Shown one piece after another: positions 18,924-31,300 of a stretch of 64,000 nt of DNA. Below the pieces are notes generated by a model that ran no database searches, had not been told where the DNA came from, and saw nothing but the letters and a program-made list of their open reading frames with translations. Source of the DNA: an uncultured Acidobacteriota bacterium (GTDB lineage Bacteria; Acidobacteriota; Polarisedimenticolia; J045). Location: positions 32,001 to 96,000 of the forward strand of contig CAVPCQ010000011.1 in NCBI GenBank assembly GCA_963702425.1, in the 5' to 3' direction. A program made the position numbers and the translations under genes. Numbering within the stretch: position 1 is the stretch's first letter; each line of letters begins with the position of its first letter.

Positions 18924-20597
18924 ATGCCCGAGTTCATCTACGTCATGAAGGACCTGCGCAAGGTCGTCCCGCCGAACCGCGAGATCCTGAAGGGGATCTG
19001 GCTGTCGTTCTTCTTCGGCGCGAAGATCGGCGTGCTGGGCGCCAACGGCGCCGGGAAAAGCTCCCTGCTGAAGGTCATGGCGGGGCTCGACCCGCAGTTC
19101 AACGGCGAGGCGTTCGCGGCCAAGGGGATCAAGGTCGGGATGCTGCAGCAGGAGCCGCAGCTCGACCCATCGAAGTCGGTCTTCGACAACGTCAGGGAAG
19201 GGGCCGCCGACAAGCTGGCGCTGATCGACCGCTTCAACGCGATCTCCGACCGCTTCGCCGAGCCGCTCGAGGCCGACGAGATGGACAAGCTGCTCGCCGA
19301 GCAGTCCGACCTGCAGGACAAGATCGACGCCCAGGGGCTGTGGGACCTCGACCAGAAGGTCGAGATGGCGATGGACGCGCTGCGCTGCCCGCCGGGCGAG
19401 GCCGAGGTCGCGAAGCTCTCCGGCGGCGAGAAGCGGCGCGTCTCGCTCTGCCGGCTGCTGCTCTCCCAGCCGGACCTGCTGCTGCTCGACGAACCGACGA
19501 ACCACCTCGACGCCGAGTCGGTGGCGTGGCTCGAGCACCACCTGGCGCAGTACCCCGGCACGGTCGTCGCGGTCACGCACGACCGCTACTTCCTCGACAA
19601 CGTCGCCGGCTGGATCCTCGAGCTCGACCGCGGCCAGGGGATTCCCTGGGAAGGGAACTACACCTCCTGGCTCGAGCAGAAGAAGAACCGCCTGGCGCTG
19701 GAGGAGAAGGCCCAGATGACCCGCCAGCGCACCCTCGAGCGCGAGCTGGAGTGGGTGCGGATGTCGCCGCGCGCGCGACAGGCCAAGGGGAAGGCGCGAC
19801 TCAACGCCTACGAGAAGCTGGTCGAGCAGGAACAGCAGAAGCTCCCCGAGTCGGTCGAGATCTACATCGCCCCGGCACCGCGCCTGGGCGACGTCGTGAT
19901 CGAGGCCGACCACCTGAACAAGGGCTACGGCGACAACCTGCTGATCGAGGACCTGACGTTCAAGCTGCCGCGCGGCGGGATCGTCGGGGTGATCGGCGCC
20001 AACGGCGCGGGCAAGACGACCCTCTTCCGGATGATCACGGGACAGGAGAAGCCGGACGGCGGGACGCTGCGCGTCGGCGAGACGGTCAAGCTGGCCTACG
20101 TCGACCAGAGCCGCGACGTGCTCAAGGACGACATGAGCGTCTACGACGCGATCTCCGAGGGGCAGGAGAACCTCGAGATCGGCGGCCGCACGATCAACGC
20201 GCGCGGCTTCGTCAGCTCGTTCAACTTCCGCGGGGCCGACCAGCAGAAGAAGCTGGCCACCCTCTCCGGCGGCGAGCGCAACCGGGTCCACCTGGCGCGG
20301 ATGCTCAAGTCGGGGTCCAACGTCCTGCTGCTCGACGAGCCGACCAACGACCTCGACGTCGACACGCTGCGCGCGCTCGAGGACGCGCTGCTCGACTACG
20401 CCGGCTGCGCGGTCGTGATCAGCCACGACCGCTGGTTCCTGAACCGGATCGCGACCCACATCCTGGCCTTCGAGGGGGACAGCCAGGTCACCTGGTTCGA
20501 AGGCAACTTCGACGACTACGAGGTCGACAAGAAGCGCCGGCTCGGCGCCACGGCGGACCAGCCACACCGGATCAAGTACCGCAAGTTCACGCGCTGA
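18924..20597 (+). CDS. ettA: Energy-dependent translational throttle protein EttA (ABC-F)
   Basis: LSFFFGAKIGVLGANGAGKS, two ABC domains, ELEWVRMSPRARQAKGKARL linker, PHRIKYRK end. Confidence 0.96.
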   Translation: MPEFIYVMKDLRKVVPPNREILKGIWLSFFFGAKIGVLGANGAGKSSLLKVMAGLDPQFNGEAFAAKGIKVGMLQQEPQLDPSKSVFDNVREGAADKLALIDRFNAISDRFAEPLEADEMDKLLAEQSDLQDKIDAQGLWDLDQKVEMAMDALRCPPGEAEVAKLSGGEKRRVSLCRLLLSQPDLLLLDEPTNHLDAESVAWLEHHLAQYPGTVVAVTHDRYFLDNVAGWILELDRGQGIPWEGNYTSWLEQKKNRLALEEKAQMTRQRTLERELEWVRMSPRARQAKGKARLNAYEKLVEQEQQKLPESVEIYIAPAPRLGDVVIEADHLNKGYGDNLLIEDLTFKLPRGGIVGVIGANGAGKTTLFRMITGQEKPDGGTLRVGETVKLAYVDQSRDVLKDDMSVYDAISEGQENLEIGGRTINARGFVSSFNFRGADQQKKLATLSGGERNRVHLARMLKSGSNVLLLDEPTNDLDVDTLRALEDALLDYAGCAVVISHDRWFLNRIATHILAFEGDSQVTWFEGNFDDYEVDKKRRLGATADQPHRIKYRKFTR

Positions 20598-20607
20598 GGA
20601 CGGGCTG

Positions 20608-22433
20608 ATGCGACGCACGGCGGTGATTCTCGCACTCCTGGCGGCCACCGCGGCCTGCGGGAGGCCGAAGCCCGAAGGACCGTTGACGGTCGTGCTCGTC
20701 TCGATCGACACGCTGCGTGCGGATCGGATCGGTGCCTACGGACGCGCCAACGCCGGGACCCCGGCCATCGACGGGCTGGCGGAGCAGGGCGTGCGCTTCG
20801 ATCTCGCCCAGGCCACCGCGCCGGTCACGCTGCCGAGCCACACCTCGATGCTGACCGGCCGCTCGCTCCCGGCGCACGGCGTATACGACAACGGGACGTT
20901 CGCGCTCCCCGAGAGCGTACCGACGCTCGCCGAGGCACTGACACAGCGCGGCTTCAAGACCGCGGCCTTCGTCTCCTCCCCGGTCCTCGCGCGTCACTTC
21001 GGCCTCGCCCGCGGCTTTGCCGAGTATGACGACCGGATCAAGAGGACCACCAAGTCGATCCACTGGGAACAACGCTCGGGCGCCGACACCGTGACCCAGG
21101 CGCTCGCCTGGCTGGTGACTTCAGGGGAATGCGCCGGCCTTTCTGTGGGTCCACATGTTCGAGCCGCATCGCCCCTACACGCCGCCCGAGCCGTTTGCCT
21201 CCCGCTTTCCCGGCGACCCCTATCAGGCGGAGGTTGCGACGGCGGACGCCGCCGTCGGCCAGCTCCTCGAAGGACTCCGCGCCCTGGGTCGCGGCGGGAA
21301 TCTCCTCGTCGCAGTCGTCGCCGACCATGGAGAGGGGCTCGGCGATCACGGCGAGCCGACGCACGGGCTGTTTCTCTACGAAACGACGATGCGCGTGCCG
21401 CTTGTGCTCTGGGGACCGGCGTTCGGCATCGTACCGGGCAAGGTCGTCGATGCGCCGGTGAGCGTCGCCGACCTCACGCCGACGATCCTCGAGTTCGCCG
21501 GAGCACCCCCCTTCGCGGCCGTCGATGGGCTCTCGCTGGCGGGGATCGCGCGCGGCACCGTCGCAGCTCCCGCAGAGCGCGGCGTCTTCGCCGAGGCGCA
21601 CGCCCCGTCGATCGCCCACGGCTGGTCCGGGCTGCGCGCGCTCGTCCGGAGCCGCGAGAAGTTCATCGAGGCGCCGCGCCCGCAGCTCTTCGACCTCGCC
21701 AGCGATCCGGGGGAAACCAAGGACCTCGCCACCGATCGGCCGCAGGCAGTCCGCTACCGCCGCCGAGGCGCTCTCCGACCTCCTGCGCCGGGCGCTTGCC
21801 ATCGCACCGGCGCCCGGTGACGGCGTCCGGCGTGGTGAGTGCCGCCGATCACGATGCCCTGCGCGGCCTCGGATACGCTGCGACGGGATCGACGAGCAGC
21901 AGCCGCACGCTCGTCGATCCCTCCCGGAAGCCGACCCTCACGACCGGATCGCTTTCCTCAACCGGTTCGACGGTGCGGTTCGACTCGTGCAGCGCGGCGA
22001 AGCCCGAGAGGGAGCCGCGATCCTCGGCGAGCTTGCGGCGCTCGAGCCGGAGAACAAGGGAGTGCACTTCGAGTACGGCCAGGCCCTGATCCAGGCCGGC
22101 GATCTCGACCGCGCGCGCACGGTCTACGAGCAGCTCGTGGCCACGCATCCGGAGTCCGCGCTGGCCTGGTTCCGACTCGGGCAGCTGCGCGATCAGGCCG
22201 GCGATGCGCGGGGGGCCGAGGCCGCCTGGCGGAGCGGCGCCGCGGCCGACCCGCGCAACGGCGACGTCCTCAGGGCGCTCGCCAGCCTGCTCGCCGACCA
22301 GCGGCGCTACGACGAAGCGATCGCCGCAGCCGAGTCCGCGCTGGCGCTCGATCCAGAGGACAAGGGGATCCAGCGCGACATCGCAACCTGGTCAGCGGCG
22401 GGTGCCGCGGCGACGGGCCCGGCAAAGCGCTGA
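20608..22433 (+). CDS. Sulfatase-like hydrolase with C-terminal TPR repeats (lipoprotein), several frameshifts
   Basis: IDTLRAD, TLPSHTSMLTG, FEPH.PY, ADHGE.LGDHGE; TPR helices in ORF 21525+; lipobox ATAAC. Confidence 0.85.
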
Positions 22434-22567
22434 CCACGAGGCGGCGGACACGGGTTACACTGGCCCCGCGTCCAGGACCCGGGAATCCCGCGTGGGCGAC
22501 AGCCCCCCGCGCGTTCACGCGGTCGCGGCGCCGATCGCCCTTACCCTCGGCCCCAGGAGCGACGCCC

Positions 22568-23170
22568 ATGTCGGACCACGTGACCAGCGGACCTCACGGC
22601 ACGCGCGCGAACGGCGGCCTGACGTACGCGGACTACGCCGCGCTCCCCGACGACGGGCAACGCTACCAGCTCGTCGAGGGGGAACTCGTCATGACGCCGT
22701 CGCCGACCCGGTGGCACCAGCTCGTGATCGGTCTCATCCATGCCCGCCTCCACGAGTTCGTGGAGCAGCACGGTCTCGGCGAGGTGCTCATAGCCCCGCT
22801 CGACGTCGTGCTGGATGACCACAACGTCCTGCAGCCCGACGTGCTGTTCGTCTCCCATCAGCGCGCCGCGGCCCTTACCGACGCGAACATCCAGGGCGCG
22901 CCGGACCTCTGCGTCGAGGCACTGTCTCCCGGGACCGAACGCCTCGACCGGGTGCGGAAGCTGGCGCTCTACGCGCGCTTCGGCGTCCCCCATTACTGGA
23001 TCGTCGACGTTCGCGCGCGCTCGATCGAGGAGTACGCGTTGGTCGGGGAGGTCTACCGCGTGAGGAGCGTGACCGGCTTCCACGACGAGTTTCGCCCGGC
23101 CGCACCCGCCGGGTTCGTCTTCCGGCTCGATCAGGTCGCCCTTCCCGCGCCCCCGGACCTCACGGAGTAG
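22568..23170 (+). CDS. Uma2 family PD-(D/E)XK endonuclease-like protein
   Basis: TYADYAALPDDGQRYQLVEGEL, QPDVLFV, GAPDLCVEALSP, KLALYARFGVPHYWIVD. Confidence 0.92.
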   Translation: MSDHVTSGPHGTRANGGLTYADYAALPDDGQRYQLVEGELVMTPSPTRWHQLVIGLIHARLHEFVEQHGLGEVLIAPLDVVLDDHNVLQPDVLFVSHQRAAALTDANIQGAPDLCVEALSPGTERLDRVRKLALYARFGVPHYWIVDVRARSIEEYALVGEVYRVRSVTGFHDEFRPAAPAGFVFRLDQVALPAPPDLTE

Positions 23171-24534
23171 GCCGGCCCGCGCCGCGCGATGTAGATCACC
23201 AGCAGCACGGCGACCGCCCCGAGTCCCAGCGCCAGGCCGATCCAGATCCCGGGAAGTCCCCAGCCGAGCCCCGGCAGGCCCCAGGCCTCGCCCTGGAACG
23301 CGAGAAAGACCGCGAGCGGCAACCCCAGCACGTAGTAGCCGAAGAAGTTGAACCAGGCCGCGGGCCGGGTGTCGCCCAGCCCGCGCAGCACACCGCCGCC
23401 GACCGCCTGCGTCCCGTCGAAGACCTGGAACGCCGACGCGATCGGGAGGATCGCCGCCGCGAAGCCGATCGTCGCGGTCGCGCCGGCCGGCAGAAAGAGC
23501 GCCGGGAGCTGGAACCGGAACAGGGTGAAGGCCACGGCGAACAGTGCCATCGCCCCCGCCGCCATCCCGACCGCGACCCACGCCGCGCGCTGCGCTTCGC
23601 GCCGGTCCCCCGCGCCGACCAGGTTCCCGACGCGCGTCGAGCTGGCGTGCGAGATCCCCAGCGCGACCATGTACGAAAAGGCCGAGAGCTTGAGCACGAT
23701 CGTGTGCGCCGCCAGCTGGTCGGCGCCGAGCCACCCGGCGAACAGCCCCGCGATCGAGAAAGCCCAGACCTCGAGCCCGAGCTGCGCGCCGACCGGGATC
23801 CCGTACTCGAGGATCTCGCGCATCTCGCCCAGCTCGAACGCCGAGCGGCTCCAGGGGATCCAGGCCTCGCGGTGCAGCGCCAGCGCGACGATGATCCCGG
23901 CCATCGCCAGCGGCATCACGGTCCGCGTGATCCCGGTCGAGAGGCCGGAGCCGACCGCGCCCATCGCGGGCGCGCCCAGCTTGCCGTAAATGAAGACCCA
24001 GTTCAGGAAGGCGTTCATCACGTTGGCCAGGATCACGACCGCCAGCATCGGCAGCATGATGCCGCGCCCCTGCAGGTACTGGCGCATCGCGACGAAGACC
24101 AGGAACGGCGCCGGAGAGAAGATCTGGATCATCGTGTAGCGCTGGGCGACCTCGGCCAGCACGGGGTCCTGTCCGGCGAGGCGCAGGACCGGCCCGGTGA
24201 CCGCCCAGAGGGCCATGACCGGGAGCGACAGCAGCACCGCCAGCACCACGCCGCGCTGCAGCGCCGAGCCGGCGCGCGCCCCCTCCCCCGCCCCGTGAGC
24301 CTGCGACACGATCGGGTCGAGGCCCATCATGACCCCCTGCGCCACGAGCAGCGTGCCGTAGATCCAGAGGTCGCCCAGCGCGACGCCGGCCAGCGCCTCA
24401 GGCCCGAGGTGGCCGACCATCCACATGTCGACCAGCCCCAGCGACATCCAGCCGATCTGCGCCAGGACGACCGGCGTCGCCAGCCGCGCGATGACGGAGG
24501 TCTCGAGGGCGATGCTGTGGCGGCGGGAGGTCAT
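23131..24534 (-). CDS. MATE family efflux transporter (NorM-like)
   Basis: VDMWMVGHLG, SQAHGAG, EVWAF, FQVFDGTQAVGGGVLRGLGDT. Confidence 0.92.
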   Translation of the reverse strand: MTSRRHSIALETSVIARLATPVVLAQIGWMSLGLVDMWMVGHLGPEALAGVALGDLWIYGTLLVAQGVMMGLDPIVSQAHGAGEGARAGSALQRGVVLAVLLSLPVMALWAVTGPVLRLAGQDPVLAEVAQRYTMIQIFSPAPFLVFVAMRQYLQGRGIMLPMLAVVILANVMNAFLNWVFIYGKLGAPAMGAVGSGLSTGITRTVMPLAMAGIIVALALHREAWIPWSRSAFELGEMREILEYGIPVGAQLGLEVWAFSIAGLFAGWLGADQLAAHTIVLKLSAFSYMVALGISHASSTRVGNLVGAGDRREAQRAAWVAVGMAAGAMALFAVAFTLFRFQLPALFLPAGATATIGFAAAILPIASAFQVFDGTQAVGGGVLRGLGDTRPAAWFNFFGYYVLGLPLAVFLAFQGEAWGLPGLGWGLPGIWIGLALGLGAVAVLLVIYIARRGPAYSVRSGGAGRAT

Positions 24535-24639
24535 CGGGGCGCAGGGGACCGGCAAAGGAGGGGGATTCTATCCCGCGGGCCCGCGGCCCTGCGCCGCGGT
24601 GCCGTGGACCCTCGCTGGGCGGTCGAGGAGAATGCGCAC

Positions 24640-25302
24640 ATGGTCTCCCTCCCCCGCGGCTCCGCCGACCGCCTCGTCGGCTTCCTGCTCTTCCTGCCGG
24701 TGCCGCTCGTGCTCTGGCTCTTCACGCGCGCACCGCTCGGCGTCGTCCCGTCGATCGGGCTGGGCGTGGTGATCATGCTGTCGCATCGGCTCTACGCCCG
24801 GCCGTGGGCGCTCGCGCACGCCGGTCGCCGCTGCCTGTGGTGCGGCGGGGCCGCCGCGGACGGTGCGCTCCCGGTCGAGGTGGCCGAGCCGCCCGGGCGG
24901 ACGGTCTGGCGCGCCTGCTCGACCCCGCACGCCGACCGGCTTCGGCGCACGCTCGGCTGGGCCGCGCGCCACCGGCCGCTGGTGCTGGGCGGGATCGGCG
25001 GGGCGATCCTGGCGCTGGTGGTCGGCGGCCCGCTCGCCGCCCGCGGGGGACTCGGGCCGGTCACCGTCCCGGACCTGTCGATCGCCTTCCGCACACTGGT
25101 CGCGCTGACCGTGCTGCCGCTCGCGCTGATCGGCCCGTTCTCGCGCGACCCGGGTCCGGAGCCGCCGCGCGTCCCGTTCCCGGTGCACATCCAGGCGCTG
25201 ATCGGGACGAACGCCGTGATGTGGCTGTTCCGGGTGGTGGGCGCGATCTGGCTGGCCCAGGGACTCGTCTACTGGATGTCGGAAGCGGCCCGGGGCCGGT
25301 GA
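24640..25302 (+). CDS. Hypothetical membrane protein with CxxC...CxxxH motif
   Basis: GAGGAG RBS; several TM helices; RRCLWCGG...RACSTPH. Confidence 0.65.
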   Translation: MVSLPRGSADRLVGFLLFLPVPLVLWLFTRAPLGVVPSIGLGVVIMLSHRLYARPWALAHAGRRCLWCGGAAADGALPVEVAEPPGRTVWRACSTPHADRLRRTLGWAARHRPLVLGGIGGAILALVVGGPLAARGGLGPVTVPDLSIAFRTLVALTVLPLALIGPFSRDPGPEPPRVPFPVHIQALIGTNAVMWLFRVVGAIWLAQGLVYWMSEAARGR

Positions 25303-25345
25303 CCCGCGAAGGGTCACCGGCCCCGGCGCCATGGGACGGGATCGC

Positions 25346-28300
25346 TCAGCGAGCGTCCCCTGAGGTGTTCGCCGCGACGATGCGGTAGTACACGAGGCCC
25401 GGTACGGGCGCTCCCGCCTGCTCGCGGTACTCGGTCGTGTTCACCAGCGCGACCTCGACCAGGTTCTGCGGGTCGGTGCCGCGGTAGACGTGGTAGCGGT
25501 CGGCCGGCCCGTGATCGAGGTCGGCGACCGGCGGCTTCCAGGTCAGGACGGTCTCGGCCCCGAGCCTCTCGACCAGGAGCTGCGCGCCGTCGATCGGGAG
25601 CGGCGGTGCGAGGATCCCGCCCGCGATCGTGAACGGCGCCGCGCTGTCGTCGCTGCCGAGGAGCCGGCCGGTGACGTCGTACGACAGGACCCGGACGATC
25701 GCGTTCGTCGTCGCGGGACCGGCCGCCGTCCAGTCGAAGGAGGTCGCGGTCAGCTGCGTGGCGAGCGTCTCCCAGGTGGATCCGCCGTCGCGCGAGAGCT
25801 GGATCGTGTAGCGGTGCGCGATCTCGCTGGAGGACTCGTTCCAGCGGATCGGAACGGGCTGGCCGGCCGTGAAGTAGGCGCCCGGGACCGGCGCGTACTG
25901 GTCCGGATCACCGGTGCGGATGTAGTCCGTCCCGCGGAACCACTGGACGTCCTCCACCTCGCCCATGATCGTGACCGGGATCAGCATCCCTTCGGCGAGC
26001 GTGGTCTTGACCAGGTTCCAGTCGAACCAGAAGGTCGCCTCCTCGATGCCGTTGTGGTTGTCGTCGGTGTAGTAGGGCGCCGGGTCCGCCAGCGCCGGGA
26101 CCACGTCGTTCATCACGACCGAGGAGAGGCGGATGTCGTGCGGGTTCAGCCCGGCCGGCAGCTCGACCGTCATCCGCACCCGAAGGATGCCGGTGTCGGC
26201 GAAGCGGAGCACCTTCGGGACGAACTCCGTCAGCGTCGGCTCGATCACGCCCACGTTGACGAAGACGGGAACTTCGACGAGCGGGTTGTAGGGGTCGTTG
26301 CTGCGGAGCTGGATCGTCCCCTCGTGCATCCCGTCCTCGAGGCCGGCCACGTCGAGCAGCACGCTCACGTCCTGGTTGCCGCCCTCCGCGACCGTCCCTT
26401 CCTCCGGTGCGATGTGCAACCACTGCGGGATGTTCTTGAATTCGATCGCCATCTCGCTGTGGACGTAGTCCTGGTTGAACACGACGGTCAGGCCGTCGCT
26501 CTTGCCGGCGTCCTGGATCCCGATCGTGCCCGAGTTGAGCAGGCCGCTCATGCTCTTGTACTGGAGCAGGACCCGGCCGTTCGGGAAGAGCTGGATCTGG
26601 AAGGTGAAGAGCGACCCCGCGGTCAGGCGCTCCACGTTGTTCCACTGGACGATGAAGCGCGAGCCGTCCGACCAGGTGAAGACCTTCCCGGTCGTCCGCA
26701 TGTGCAGGTCGTCCCAGAACGCCGCGATCAGGTTCTCCGGGACCGCCGTGCCGGTGTTCGGCAGCGGCTGGTTGGTATAGGCGGTCAGGCTGGAGGTGAA
26801 GGAGAGCCAGCCGTTGGTGCAGACGCTCGCGGTGGTGAAGGAGTTCCCGTAGAAGGGGAACGAGATCCCGAGCGGAACGCTGAGCGCCGTCTGGTCGTCG
26901 CCGGTCAGCCCGGTCAGTTGGGTGCCGATCGCGCTGATGTCGAACCAGTCGTAGGCCGGGCCGCCGGCCTCGTTGGAGTCGACCCAGCGGTAGCCGTAGA
27001 GGTCCGGGCCGCCGGTGCCGAGTGCCCCTTCGCGCGTGTCCTCCTCGCCCTTCTCCAGTTCGACGTAGGTCCCGGGCGTGACGCCGACCGCGATCGAGAT
27101 CAGGTTCGTGCCGCCGTCCCAGACCAGGTCCGAGCCGCCGGCGTTGGCGATGTTGAGGACCTTCGTCCCCTGGCCGCCCGGCGGGAGCGCGGCGTGGATC
27201 TCGGGCGGGGTGGCGTGCATCTCGGGCGGCCAGAGCCCTTCGCCCTGGAGCGGGACGATGAGCGCGGGCTCGTCCGGGTCGTCGCTGACCAGCGTCAGCG
27301 CGCCGAGCCGGGTCCCTTCGTCAAGCGGCAGGAAGCTGACGGTGACCGGGATCGAGCCGCCCGGCCCGAGGTCGACCGGAGGCGCGAGACCCGCCGCTTG
27401 GAACTCGCCTTCGACCGTCAGGCCCGTGATGTGCACGGTGTCGGAGCCGACGTTCCGGACGTTCAGGACCTGCTGGCTGCTGAACCCGACGAAGGTCGTC
27501 GGGAAGAGCAGTGACGTCGGCTGCGCGTCGATGTCCGGCGTGCCGATCACGTGGAGCGAAACCGGGACGGAGATCGCCGCGTGGACGGGGTCGTTCGTCA
27601 CGAGGTCGATCGTCGCGGCGTAGTTGCCCCCCAGCAGTCCCGTCGAGTCGATCGTCACGTCGAGATCGGTCGCCAGGCCGGCGCCGACGGTGCCGGAGGT
27701 GGGGGACACTCGGAGCCAGTTGGCCGGCGGCGAGAACTCCACCGCCAGGCTGTCGTGGACATAGGCGGCGTTGTAGACCACCGTCAGGCCGTCGTTCTTG
27801 TCGGCGTTCTGGATGCCGACCGTCGCCTCGTTGAGCCGCGTCCCCTGCATGTCGAGGTACTGGTAGACGATCTTACCGCTCGGATACAGGATGACCTGGT
27901 ACGTGTATGGCCCGCCCGAGGAGTAGCGCGGCACCGCGACATAGGAAACGATCAGGCGGCTGCCATCATTGTAGTAGTAGGCGGCGCCGGCTGTGCGGAA
28001 GTCCTGGTCGTCGTGGAATACGGCAAGCAGGTTCTCCGGCGCCGACGTGCTGGGCAGCTGGTAGTTGGTCAGGCTGGTCGCAGTCGACGTGAACGACAGG
28101 AAGCCGTTCGTGCAGGCGCGGAAGGTGTTGAAGGTCTGCCCGTAGAACGGGAAGTCGAAGCCGATCGGGAACGTCCCGAGGTTCTGGTCGTCGGCGTTCA
28201 GCGGGATCGGCGTTCCGATCGACGAGATGTCGACCCAGCCGAAGGCGGGACCTCCGGGTGCGTCGGAGTCCTTCCAGCGGTAGCCGAACACGTCCGGGCC

Positions 28301-31300
28301 GCCCGAGCCGAGGATCCCCGGCCGGGTGTCCGCCTCGTCCTTCTTGAGCTCGGGGCTGGAGTCGACGGTCACGACGGCTCCGCTGTCGAGCTGGACGGCG
28401 ACGGCGAAGGTCAGATCGGAGCCGCCCTGGTTCGCGAGGTTCAGCGTACGGTGGACGAGCTCGCCGCTGTTCATCGACTCGGCGAAGTGGTCGGGCGCCC
28501 AGACGGCGACCGGCGGCAGGATCGCGTTGCCCGTCACCGGCAGGATCGCGTCCGGCGTCACGGGGTCGCTGGAGAGGACGTGGACCTGCGCGTCGAGCGG
28601 TGCCGGCAGCATCGGGGCCCAGCGCAGGTTGAACAGCCGCGCCTGGCCCGGCAACAGCGGGAACTCGGCCTCGGGGATCGCCTCGCCCCCCTGCGGGTCC
28701 TCGACGAGCAGAGTCGGGTCGCTGCTGTAGACGCTCGAGACGTTCAGAACGTCGGTCCCGTTGTTCACGACCTGGAACGTCGTGAGGTACGAGTAGCCGG
28801 TGTATCGCGTTCCGTAGGCGTAGGACGTCGGAACGAGGCCGACGATCGGCGCGCCGATGACGTGCAGGGTCGCCGGGACCCGTTCCGTCGCCTGCGAGGG
28901 GATGTTGGTCGTGAGGACCACCGCCCCCGTCAGGTCGCCGCCGTTGCGGCTCGTCGAGTCGAACTTGACGTCGAAGGCGAACGACGCGCCGGGCGGAACC
29001 GACGCGTGGTTCGGGGTCACGGTGAGCCAGTCCGGCACGCGGCTGAACTGCACCGCGAGACCGCTGTGGACGTAGTTCGCGTTGTAGTTGGCCGTGAGAC
29101 CGATCGTTTTCGTACCGTCCTGGATCCCGATCGTCGCCGAATTCAGCGTCCCGGCCATCGTCCTGTACTGCAGCAGGATCTTGCCGCTGGGGTAGAGCTG
29201 GACCTGGAAGGTCAGCGGGCTGCCCGACGGCGAATACTTCTCGACGTTGGTGTACTGGATGATGAAGCGGGTCCCGTCGTTGAGGTACTTGACGTTCCCG
29301 GTCCTGAGGTGCAGATCGTCCCAGAAGATCGCGATCTGGTTCTTGGCGCCCGACGTCGACGGCAAGCTGTAGTTCGACAGTCGCGTCGAGGTGTCGGTCG
29401 TGTCGAACGTGAGGAAGCCGTTGGTCCCGACCTTCAGAGACGAGAAGTTGCTTCCGTAGAACGGGAAGGTCATCCCCATGCTGATCGCGGCGGAGAGCGC
29501 GTCGTCCTGGCTCGTGAACGTGATCGTCGTGCCCGTCCCGCTGATGTCGACGAAGTCGTAGGCCGGGCCACCCGACTCGTCGGAGTCCTTCCAGCGGTAG
29601 CCGAACGCGTCCGGCCCGCCCGCGCCTTCGGCGCTTTCGTCGGGCGCGTAGACCAGGCCGGTGCCGTTGCCGCTCACGCCCTGGTCGGCCGCGGCGGTGA
29701 CCTCGAGGGTCGATCCGCCGGTGTTCGTGACGTTGAGTTGACGAACGACCTGGTGGCCGCTGTACAGCGTCTCGTCGAACAGGGCCGGGTCGACGATCAT
29801 GATCGGCGCCGCAACGGCGTTCCCGGTCACCGGAACGGCCAGGCTCGGGTCGGCGGCGTCGTTGCTCTGGACCGTCAGCGAGCCGCTGAACGGGCCGATG
29901 AGGGTCGGCGCCCAGGTTACGGTGACGTTCTGCGAGCCGCGCGGCGGGACGTCGAAGACGTTCGGCGTGGCCGTCAACTCGGGTGCGCTGCCCACGATTT
30001 CGGTCACGTGCAGGACGTCGGTCCCGTCGTTGGCCACGATCAGCGACGCCGTGTGCGGGTTGTTGACGAACCGGTCGCCGTAGTCGATCGAGGCCGGCTG
30101 GACGGCGATGTCGGGCGCGCCCGTCACCTGGAGCGTGACCTGCACCGGGATGTTGGGCTGCGCCGGATCGTTGGTCAGGATGTTCACCGTGCCGGGGTAG
30201 GTCCCGCCCTCGAGCCCCGAGGCGTCCATGTGGACGTTGATCGGGATCGACTCGCCGGCGTGCAGCCGCCCCGAGGAGGGCGACGCCGTCAGCCACTGCG
30301 GCGTGGCGGCGATCCGGACCGCGAGTTCGTCGTGGATGTAGGCCTGGTTGAAGGCGACCTGCAGCCCGACGGTCTTCGAGGCGTCCTGGATCCCGACCGT
30401 CGCGCTGTTCACCGCGCCGGTCATCGCCAGGTACTGGAACGTGACCGCCCCGCTCTGGTCGATGATCGCCTGGAATGTGAAGGTCCCCGTGCCGCTGTAG
30501 GGCGCAATCGCGTTCCACTGCACGATCGCCTTGTTGCCGAAGGACTCGAAGAAGATCTTCTGGGTCCCGGCCGGGTTGAGGTCGTCCCAGAACGGAGCGA
30601 TCAGATTCTCGGGCGCGCCAGTGCTCGGCAGCGGCTGGTTCGAGTACGAGCTGGCGCTGCTCGTGAACGACAGCCAGCCGTTGGTGCAGACCCGGATCGA
30701 GTCGAAGAAGGTCCCGTAGAACGCGACGTTGAAGCCGAGCGCGAGCGGGCCGCTCGTCGCATCGTCGGCCGTGATGTTGATCGGTGTGCCGGTGGCGGCG
30801 ATGTCGGTCCAGGCGAAGACCGGGCCGCCCGGCTCGTCGCTGTCCATCCAGCGGTAGCCGAAGGTGTCCGGCCCGCCGGCGTTCGCCACCACGGGCTCGC
30901 CGTGGCGCGGGTCGATCTCGTCCTTCCCGAGCTTGAGCGGCTCGGCGACGGCCTGCGGCTCGCCGACCGAGGGCGACGGGATCGTGAAGTCGAGCGTCCC
31001 TACGCCGGTGTTGGTCAGCGTGACGACGTGATCCGACTGCTCGCCCGTGAACAGCGCGTCCGCGATCGTGAGCGGATCCGCGACGGCGGTCGGCGGCGGC
31101 AGCGTCGAGGCCTCGACGACGTTGGACAGGGGTCCCACGTTCCCCCATTCGTCGAACGCCTTCATCGCGAAGTAGTAGAGCTTGTTGGCGTCGAGGCCGC
31201 GGACCTCCATCTGCTGGATCGTCCCGGCCACGGCCGGCACCGGCTCGTTCCCGGCACGCTCCGCCGCCGCGAAGTTCCCCTCGTCGATCGGCGAGAGCGA

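Noticed and set aside
22568-23170. Uma2 gene as a restriction or defence system
   Set aside because: Solitary member of a commonly expanded family; no methyltransferase or partner nearby
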